NCBI GenBank assembly: GCA_032718475.1
Contig: JAUCBJ010007900.1
Location: 62,001-126,000 of the forward strand
Reading direction: 5' to 3'
DNA from: Nemertoderma westbladi
Taxonomy: Eukaryota; Animalia; Xenacoelomorpha
DNA length: 64,000 nt
The translations under genes were made by a program, and so were the position numbers. Of the stretch, positions 12,111 to 21,795 are shown one piece after another (position 1 is the first letter of the stretch; each line of letters starts with the position of its first letter). A model generated the notes under the pieces. The model made no database searches. It was not told the DNA's origin and was given only the letters and a program-made list of their open reading frames with translations.

Positions 12111-14544
12111 GATATGGATGCATTTTGATTGCGTCGAAAAGACCTGCCCTCCATATCAGCACATGGGTAGGATTTCGGTCGAGACCTACTGTACAGTAGA
12201 GCATGGTTTGCATTCAATCAACTGTTCATTATCTGGAGATCATCCCATTTTAGTAGCCTATTCTTTAAATGTAGGCCCTACGAATTTTCCGTGCATTAGT
12301 GGAGCGCCTGATATCACTGTACTGTATACTACTGTATATGACATAATCTCACGCAGGATACACATTATGCTACAGTACAGTATGTCTGTATGGTACCGGT
12401 ACTGTATGCCATATCCCTGTGCAAACAACCATAGGCTACTGTACTTGGTCCGGGGAAATCCTACCATTTGACCATGGGGAGAGTTCCAGTTCATTACACA
12501 ATTGAGGAACAAAAGGCGACTGTCCGCATCTGTCCCTAAATCAACCCGCCTCAATGATTATAACATCAATATATCTACAGTACAACATATCACTAAAAAT
12601 TAATGAAGTTGGTATGCGCGCTGAAGATACTAAGAAAATTACGGCGGGTAATTCGCTGTAAAGCACCAATTATTGTTCGCACGTATTCTAAGGTAAACCG
12701 ACGTCATGTGCGTACATTTGCCCCAGTCCAGAGACATTTGCATGTAGGAGATACAGTAGGAGGCATAATTGTTATTATCGTCATCAACCTTAATTTTATT
12801 ACCTTAATTTTATTTCGAAATTATAACATCATTTAATGTTGTGTCGGTGTCGTGTCCACGACTTTCTTCATATTGTTTTCTATTTTTTTTTTCACTTTTT
12901 AAATAGGCCTCCACATAATTATGGAACCTTATATTTATCTCATACTGTTGCTGAGTAACAACAATATGCAATACCTATTTAATATTACAGTACTGCTATT
13001 CATACATAAATGTTCCAGATTATGGTGCATATTAAATACAATAAAATAGTCTTGCGCAGATGCAAAACCAGTTTACTTTCAAACGCCCATATCTCAGCAA
13101 TGTGGAGTGTGGGTTGGCGGTACCTGAATTATTACCACATGGTATATAATTATTAGTCTGGCGAGTCTTTATTTTATACTTAATTTATTTTTAATTCGAA
13201 AATAATTTACAATTTTGGCGCCAACCAGTGGCTAACTACCTGTACAGAATATGACAACGTTCTAACACTTAGTTCACATTGAGTTCGATAGAATCGATTC
13301 ACAACACAGATAGATATAATTATAATAGGCCTACTCTTTAGTTTAGCTCATAACACAGGTTTGCCCCATATTCCCTCTCCATCTGTAAACGACCACGTTG
13401 CTCTCGTCACGTGTTGCGCGAAGTGGTATCATCTTATTTGGCATTATAAATATAAATATTATTTTGTTGCAACCCTTTTGAGACCTCATTTCAGAGTTGT
13501 AGATATATTGTCGTCACCTAGACAATAACAACAATAGACAGGCCAAAAGTTCACTTAATCTTACTTCTCATAACAATGATTGTCTTGCACAAAGTACTTC
13601 ACTGAAATATGAAGCCATATGAACCGCCATGTATACCATACTTAAAATCTTGAAGTACGTAGCTTTAGAGTTGAATCAACGAGACTACAGTAGGATAGGA
13701 TGGGTTATGCCAAGAATATTTTGTATAGTTAATACAAACTTTAACAAGATCATTGACATACAATAACGTAATCGCCCAAATGTCCCGGGGTCTCTCACAA
13801 TCATGAATAGGTGATATAATCGCATCTATTGTATGATAAATTAGTCACGCTTAGGCAACATAATAGATGTATCTGCAATAATGTGCCAGTGAAATACAGC
13901 CCAACCCCCTACAAAATAGTTTTATTACATTTATTAGGTCGGTGTGGCTCCAACCTGACTGAATTTTTCTAGCAATCCTTTCAGATTGTTCGTTGACACG
14001 TTACTCTATTACAAGAATGTCGATTCTCCACAACTAATCAACGAATCGCTTGTTTTACATTGTTACAGGTAAGTTATAAAGTACCTCGAATTTTATATAC
14101 ATCCCTTAATTACGGTAATAAACATTTAACACTAAAGAGTTTACATAAGAATCTTTTTTCACATACAGAATGAGTAGTTGACTGTGAATATTCCATCTAC
14201 ACGTTATTGGTGCTTTTTTGTAATTTTGTTGGGCACTGACAGTTGATTCAGATAACATCTGCAAAATTCGGAGTCAACAGGGGTGGGGATTTCTTGTAGC
14301 AAAAGTCACCGCCACCAACGAACACAATCACTAACCAACCATAACAGGGCCACCCTGCGCCCTCCACAAACAACCCTTGTCGGTAGTGTGCGTCAGAAGC
14401 CATTATTATTAGCATCCGACACACCACGACATTTGGAAGTCGGCCCTCACCCTTCGGTGATGGCCTACAGTTCTGACTTTCCCCCCAGGGCAACCCCAAT
14501 CCGGTTTGTATGTTAAATATCCCAATGTCCGGTATACTAAGCTG

Positions 14545-14722
14545 AGACTGTGGAGGGGGAACTTGACGCAATTCCCACCTAGGAGTGTAATATCTCGTCT
14601 TAATTTTAAATTATCAATTCAGGGAATGGAACCGGTTATAGTGGCATGTTATTAAACCAAAAACGTCAATAGAACAGGTTACAGTTTTATTTTTTTTAAG
14701 TAATCAGCAGTTATTTGTGTCT
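14545..14722 (+). repeat. Copy of MITE-like family A
   Basis: gagactgtggagggggaacttgacgcaattcccacct...aaccaaaaacgtcaatagaacaggttacagttt...taatcagcagttatttgtgtc. Confidence 0.7.
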
Positions 14723-14811
14723 TATATTATTACATAATTATAATTAAAATATACCTACACCTACTGTAATAATAAAAGTTGTCGCGTAGTTCATTAAAAG
14801 GCATCGATTTG

Positions 14812-15225
14812 GTCCATATGCTGGGCTCTTAACTGCAGATGATACCGAATCTCTGGATGGCACAATAATGCTACGCCGGGTTCACTGTGTCAAGTACAAT
14901 GAACACATCTCAAATCAGACTCTATACAACATAGGTAACGTGCGCCACTAGTCTCCCCTAGCTTGACACTTAACAGTACCGCCTCCGCTTTGCAGGACAT
15001 TGCTTTCGACCCGTCAGTGCATAATCTTGTGCTTTCTGCGGCCTCATCGAGTGAATACGCATGATGGACAGCCCATGACTTTCTTGACACACCTCTTAAA
15101 GGACACTGACATTGAAGATACGGATGATCTAGCAAATGTCATGGGTGATAGGGAGTTGTGGCGGCGCAATTTTGTCGACAAGCCGGCACAGCATTCTTAA
15201 TATATATGTAATAATGCAGTATGCC
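14812..15225 (+). mobile_element. 3' fragment of an RTE-clade LINE (same family as 57070-59006)
   Basis: Collinear with 58560-58985; encodes ...QPMTFLTHLLKDTDIEDTDDLANVMGDRELWRRNFVDKPAQHS*. Confidence 0.85.
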
Positions 15226-15525
15226 GATAATATTACTTGTAGATTTAATCACATGTTGGTTTCATTTGGAATAATTCACCAATCCTGACTTCCCATATCA
15301 TTTCGTTACCTACATGTAAAGGAACAAACACTTTTTTTAATTTTTTATTTACGGGATATCATTGGGCTACCTATAACAAAGTCGATCATTGAGAAAAGCC
15401 CATTATATGTTTATTTCCATTTTTTGTCACGCTGCTTTTATCGTTCGTCAATAAGAATTGCAATAATAATTTCATTAATATAATCATTTTCGCATATTTA
15501 ATATGAATATAATCTCCGCACGCAG

Positions 15526-15718
15526 TTTCGGGTGCACCGGTTTCAATGTGGTCGAGGAGACGGTTGATGAAGACGAGGAGATGGCGAAGAGAGCTCGTTG
15601 GAAGCAGTTGGAACGGGAACTTCGACACGAGAGTTTCTTCGATTCAGTTAAACGCGGCAATGCGCTAGAGGTTGCCATGCATATAGAAGAAGGAGAAAAT
15701 GTGAACATTGCGAAGGAG
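15526..15718 (+). CDS. Ankyrin-like gene, exon A (ANK repeat 1); in-frame ATG at 15581
   Basis: Acceptor ccgcacgcag| and donor gag|gtaggt; ESFFDSVKRGNALEVAMHIEEGENVNIAKE resembles the first ankyrin repeat (SFLRAARAGN...DINTCNQ). The 5' boundary and start codon are uncertain. Confidence 0.75.
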
Positions 15719-16022
15719 GTAGGTTTAGGTTGGGTGTACACATGCGTTTTATTCGGTAGCTGCTTTTATAACAGAGTCTTATACGCCTACTCATATTTTT
15801 CACGAATTTGCTTCCTACAGTACTGTTAGCAACTATTTAGTACTTTACCGTTTGTAAGATAATAATTTGTCTGAAAATAATGCGTAGCTGCTTGAATATA
15901 GGCCCATGACCTACTATAGAAGACTTAGATTGTGCTGCGAGATTTATGTAGTAGACTGAGATGTAGTATTACTAAAATTTCTTCCTAACATTAATCATAG
16001 ACTTCGTTTATTTTATTTCCAG

Positions 16023-16121
16023 AATGGCTTGACAGCGTTACACTACGCAGCAGGCGAGGGAAGAACCAAATTAGTGAAGGTTTTAATATCTTATGGTGCT
16101 AACCCGAACGCCGTCACTGTG
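16023..16121 (+). CDS. Ankyrin-like gene, exon B (ANK repeat 2, 99 bp)
   Basis: ttttatttccag| NGLTALHYAAGEGRTKLVKVLISYGANPNAVTV |gtaagg; exactly 33 codons, phase 0/0. Confidence 0.92.
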
Positions 16122-16149
16122 GTAAGGAAATACATGTACTATACTCTCA

Positions 16150-18170
16150 GTAAACGTCAACTAATCCCTGTAGCTTCCAGTAACTGTCAACTAATATAGT
16201 AGCTTCCAGTAACTGTCAATTAATCTCTGTAGCTTTAACTGTCAACTAATCTATGTAGTTTCCAGTAACTGTCAACTAATCTCTGTAGCTTTAACTGTCA
16301 ACTAATCTATGTAGCTTCCAGTAACTGTCAACTAATCTCTGTAGCTTTAACTGTCAACTAATCTATGTAGTTTCCAGTAACTGTCAACTAATCTCTGTAG
16401 CTTTAACTGTTAACTAATATATGTAGCTTCCAGTAACTGTCAACTAATCTCTGTAGCTTTAACTGTCAACTAATCTATGTAGCTTCCAGTAACTCTCAAC
16501 TAATCTCTGTAGCTTTAACTGTCAACTAATCTATGTAGCTTCCAGTAACTCTCAACTAATCTATGTAGCTTCAAGTAACTGTCAACTAATCTCTGTAGCT
16601 TTAACTGTCAACTAATCTATGTAGCTTCCAGTAACTCTCAACTAATCTCTGTAGCTTTAACTGTCAACTAATCTATGCAGTTTCCAGTAACTGTCAACTA
16701 ATCTATGTAGCTTCCAGTAACTCTCAACTAATCTATGTAGCTTCCAGTAACTGTCAACTAATCTCTGTAGCTTTAACTGTCAACTAATCTATGTAGTTTC
16801 CAGTAACTGTCAACTAATCTATGTAGCTTCCAGTGACTCTCAACTAATCTATGTAGTTTCCAGTAACTGTCAACTAATCTATGTTTAAGAATGCTGTGCC
16901 GGCTTGTCAGCAAAATTGCACCGCCACAACTCCCTATCACCCATGACATTTGCTAGATCATCCGCATCTTTAAGGCCAGTGTCCTTTAAGATGCGTCTCA
17001 AGAAAGTCATGGGCTGTCCACCATGCTTATTCACTCCATGAGGCTGCCAAAGTACAAGATGGCTGGTCCTCACGGCGAAAGCAATGTCCTGCAAAGCGGA
17101 GGCGATTTTGTTCTAGTTTAACTGTCAACTAATCTCTGTAGCTTCCAGTAACTGTCAACTAATAAATATCTGTAGCTTCCAGTAACTGTCAACTAATCTC
17201 TGTAGCTTTATCTGTCAACTAATCTATGTAGCTTCCAGTAACTGTGAACTAATATCTGTAGCTTCAGTAACTGTCAATTAATCTCTGTAGCTTTAACTGT
17301 CAACTAATCTATGTACTTTCCAGTAACTGCCAACTAATCTCTGTAGCTTTATCTGTCAACTAATCTATGTAGCTTCCAGTATCTGTGAACTAATATCTGT
17401 AGCTTCAGTAACTGTCAATTAATCTCTGTAGCTTTAACTGTCAACTAATCTATGTACTTTCCAGTAACTGCCAACTAATCTCTGTAGCTTTATCTGTCAA
17501 CTAATCTATGTAGTTTCCAGTAACTGTCAACTAATCTCTGTAGCTTTAACTGTTAACTAATCTATGTAGCTTCCAGTAACTGTGAACTAATATCTGTAGC
17601 TTCCAGTAACTGTGAACTAATCTATGTAGCTTCCAGTAACTCTCAACTAATAAGTATCTGTAGCTTCAAGTAACTGTCAACTAATCTCTGTAGCTTTAAC
17701 TGTCAACTAATCTCTGTAGCTTTAACTGTCAACTAATCTATGTAGCTTCCAGTAACTGTGAACTAATATCTGTAGCTTCCAGTAACTGTGAACTAATCTA
17801 TGTAGCTTCCAGTAACTCTCAACTAATAAGTATCTGTAGCTTCAAGTAACTGTCAACTAATCTCTGTAGCTTTAACTGTCAACTAATCTCTGTAGTTTCC
17901 AGTAACTGTCAACTAATCTCTGTAGCTTTAACTGTCAACTAATCTATGTAGCTTCCAGCAACTGTGAACTAATATCTGTAGCTTCCAGTAACTGTGAACT
18001 AATCTATGTAGCTTCCAGTAACTCTCAACTAATAAGTATCTGTAGCTTCAAGTAACTGTCAACTAATCTCTGTAGCTTTCAACAGATATCTTGCTTTCCG
18101 TAACTGTCAACTAATATCTGTAGCTTCTAGTAACTGTGAACAAATCACTGTAACTTCAAGTAACAGTTGA
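16150..18170. repeat. Intronic satellite of alternating 30-bp and 26-bp units
   Basis: aactgtcaactaatctatgtagcttccagt / aactgtcaactaatctctgtagcttt fill almost the whole intron between exons B and C. Confidence 0.95.
16885..17117 (-). mobile_element. RTE LINE 3'-coding fragment inserted in the 30/26-bp satellite
   Basis: Reverse complement of ~58717-58956 (LVLWQPHGVNKHGGQPMTFLRRILKDTG...AQHS*); no tail and no TSD seen. Confidence 0.88.
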
Positions 18171-18272
18171 CTACATATCATATCTCTTATGCAGATATAT
18201 GTACTTTCACTTTCAGTATGTATGTCAATAGATGACAATTATTTTGATGATGATTATTTTTATATTTTATAG

Positions 18273-18470
18273 TCGGGAAGCTCTCCGCTTCATATAGCTG
18301 CAATTAACGGGAAACTAACTACAGTGCAATACCTAATCTCTAAAGGAAGCGGGGTCAACCTACAGACACTTCATGGGTTCACCCCACTGTACATGGCCAG
18401 CCAAGAAGGTCACGCCACTGTTTGCCATTTACTAATGGATAAGGGTGCTGATAAAGAAATAGCCACACCG
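18273..18470 (+). CDS. Ankyrin-like gene, exon C (ANK repeats 3-4, 198 bp)
   Basis: tatattttatag| SGSSPLHIAAINGKLTTVQYLISKGSGVNLQTL HGFTPLYMASQEGHATVCHLLMDKGADKEIATP |gttggt; 66 codons, phase 0/0. Confidence 0.92.
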
Positions 18471-18794
18471 GTTGGTATATCAAAGTCAGGGCAGTATTTC
18501 CAGAAATTTCTACTGGTGGGTCAATTTGAAAAAATGGCGCATTTAATAAAAAAAATATACAAGCCATTCATAGATAAAAAATTTTAAGGTATATTAATTA
18601 AACAACACCAACACAGTTACAATACAAAATACTATCGCGAATGTGAAGTCCGTTAACTACCTTTAAGTTACTTCTATTATTCCTATTTTGTTTCATTGGG
18701 ATACTTTAACATTACGAAGTTATCCTTACCGTAATTAGTTAGTTATATTATTGACTATCCTTGGTGGAATCTCTAAAAATAAATGTAAACACAG

Positions 18795-19692
18795 AAAAAT
18801 AAACATAAATACAATAATTAATCAATGACTTAGAGCAAACAACCAAAACAAACATAAATACAATAATTAAACAATGACGTAGAGCAAACAACCAAAACAA
18901 ACATAAATACAATAATTAAACAATGACGTAGAGCAAACAACCAAAACAAACATAAATACAATAATTAAACAATGACGTAGAGCAAACAACCAATACAAAC
19001 ATAAATACAATAATTAAACAATGACGTAGAGCAAACAACCAAAACAAACATAAATACAATAATTAAACAATGACGTAGAGCAAACAACCAATACAAACAT
19101 AAATACAATAATTAAACAATGACGTAGAGCAAACAACCAAAACAAACATAAATACAATAATTAAACATTGACGTAGAGCAAACAACCAAAACAAACATAA
19201 ATACAATAATTAAACATTGACGTAGAGCAAACAACCAATACAAACATAAATACAATAATTAAACAATGACGTAGAGCAAACAACCAAAACAAACATAAAT
19301 ACAATAATTAAACAATGACGTAGAGCAAACAACCAAAACAAACATAAATACAATAATTAAACAATGACGTAGAGCAAACAACCAATACAAACATAAATAC
19401 AATAATTAAACAATGACGTAGAGCAAACAACCAAAACAAACATAAATACAATAATTAAACAATGACGTAGAGCAAACAACCAAAACAAACATAAATACAA
19501 TAATTAAACAATGACGTAGAGCAAACAACCAATACAAACATAAATACAATAATTAAACAATGACGTAGAGCAAACAACCAAAACAAACATAAATACAATA
19601 ATTAAACAATGACGTAGAGCAAACAACCAAAACAAACATAAATACAATAATTAAACAATGACGTAGAGCAAACAACCAATACAAACATAAAC
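18795..19692. repeat. AT-rich 49-bp intronic satellite, ~18 copies
   Basis: Unit aaacaaacataaatacaataattaaacaatgacgtagagcaaacaacca. Confidence 0.95.
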
Positions 19693-20108
19693 GATATACA
19701 AAAAAAATACGAAGATAATATAGCGAATAAACTATAATACATTGACATAATATAATCACGATTTTTTGGTAGTAAGATTGGTAGTAAGCCATTCAAGGAG
19801 TTCATGCGTTAGTAGACGAGGACCTTTGCACGATTTCGCGCTTGTATTTAATATAATAGCACAAATAAGTAATATATGTATGTAGTATTAAAATAATTCG
19901 AATTAGTGTGACAACTGACAATAAACATTAAATACAATATGAAACATAAACTTCACGGTTCTATTTGGACAGGTTGAACGGCAAAAACGGTGGGATATTA
20001 CATAGATGACTACAAAACAGTTTAATTTAATTTGTAACACTATATCGCTGTATCTTTTATTAAAGAATTGAGCAACCAAAAAAGCACCAATTTAGAAATA
20101 AAATTACG

Positions 20109-20232
20109 TATTACATGGGTAAAAACGAGACATATATTTTCTCAATATTCTCTCGACCCATTATTAACCACGCTAGCGCATAGAATGCCTCGAGAATAGT
20201 GAAAAAAAGTTGTACTTTTTTCCCATGTAATA
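20109..20232. mobile_element. Small foldback/MITE-like element (~124 bp)
   Basis: Terminal inverted repeat tattacatggg / cccatgtaata, plus an inner imperfect inverted pair ttttctcaatattctctcga / tcgagaatagtgaaaa. Confidence 0.6.
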
Positions 20233-20310
20233 AATAACTTTTTTCAATGACAAAATTTATATATTGATTTATTCAACATTAATAATGATGCTAGTCTATT
20301 TATGTTCTAG

Positions 20311-20490
20311 GAGGGATGGAGACCATTGGATGTTGCTATGCAACAGTCACATCATGATGTTGCCACTGTGCTTTGTCAAGGAAACCAAAAGCAATTACGT
20401 CAATGCCTCAATGAGTTAGAAAGCAAGCAACTTGAGGAAGAGAGGCGATTGGCATTATCCAGTAGTGAGAATTTATTTCACCCACAACAA
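20311..20490 (+). CDS. Ankyrin-like gene, exon D (ANK repeat 5 plus a non-ANK coiled-coil-like tail)
   Basis: tatgttctag| EGWRPLDVAMQQSHHDVATVLCQG NQKQLRQCLNELESKQLEEERRL...HPQQ; either splices at gttggt (20491) or reads to the stop at 20559. Confidence 0.8.
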
Positions 20491-20583
20491 GTTGGTTTAA
20501 TATCGAATCGAATATTATTAGAAACTATTCTAAATAATATGAACTGGCTAATCAATTGAAAATATTAAGAAAAAAGGCAAATA

Positions 20584-21795
20584 TACGGAGCCCCTAAAGG
20601 GACATGGGTTTCCCCTTTTTTTTTCCAAGTCCGGCCCAGTGATACTAAGTCCGGCCCGGAAATACTATCTCAGGCCCGGAGATACTAAGTCCGGCCCGGA
20701 GATACTATCTCAGGCCCGGAGATACTAAGTCCGGTCCGGAGATACTATCTCAGGCCCGGAGATACTAAGTCCGGCCCGGAGATACTATCTCAGGCCCGGA
20801 GATACTAAGTCCGGCCCGGAGATACTATCTCAGGCCCGGAGATACTAAGTCCGGTCCGGAGATACTATCTCAGGCCCGGAGATACTAAGTCCGGCCCGGA
20901 GATACTATCTCAGGCCCGGAGATACTAAGTCCGGTCCGGAGATACTATCTCAGGCCCTGAGATACTAAGTCCGGCCCGGAGATACTATCTCAGGCCCAGA
21001 GATACTACGTCCGGTCCGGAGATACTATCTCAGGCACGGAGATACTAAATCCGGCCTGGAGATACTACCTCAGGCCTGAAGATACTAAGTACGGCCCGGA
21101 GATACTATCTCTGGCCTGGAGATACTAAGTCCGGCCCGGAGATACTAATTCCGGCCCGGAGATACTATCTCAGGCCCGGAGATAAAATACAGAACAGGTT
21201 CATATACGTTATAGCGCTGACACAGCAATCAACAGAAACAAATTGCAGTCAATCAGCTAACTGGGTTAATTCCAGATCAATTGCTGTTTTACAAGTACAG
21301 ACATCTTGGCGGGAACATGGAAATTAAGTTTCACATTTCAATTTGTGAGATATTTAATATGGAGACACAAGAGTATTGTTAGCACAATACAAGGTAATTA
21401 CATGTCTGGAGGGAGGCATGACCCCGTGCCTATGAATAAAGTCTTTTATATCGGTCGGCTTTTATATGTATATATATATAAACGCCGACCTACCGACCAG
21501 CATTCACTTAATGATAATACCCTTCTACGGCTACAGAAATGAACTTCCAATAATAAGAACATTCCATATTATTTGGAGGCAATGGCTGAATAGCCGCGTA
21601 AATTTAAACTGCAACAGAGGTGTATGTAAACCGAAACAAATAGGCCACGGTCACTCACAAAGGCCTGGATGAGATGATATGAGTATGACACGCAGCTTTG
21701 AAGTATTGGTTACCCCATAAACTATAGTAACTGTATGAGATGGCAGAGTATCACCGGGCCAGACTTAGTATCTCCGGGCCTGAGATAGTCTCAGG
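20584..21795. mobile_element. Non-autonomous DNA transposon (IS3EU-like TAYGG terminus) with 20/40-bp subterminal repeats; right end missing
   Basis: Left end TACGGAGCCCCTAAAGGGACATG; ~27 alternating 20-mers aagtccggcccggagatact / atctcaggcccggagatact (20627-21184); the same repeats reappear inverted at 21754-21790. The superfamily is assigned from memory of terminal signatures only. Confidence 0.55.

Noticed and set aside
13970-14068. Candidate upstream exon of the ankyrin-like gene (strong cag|gtaagt donor, phase-compatible)
   Set aside because: No clear start codon or unique acceptor and no homology evidence; left unannotated pending RNA data.
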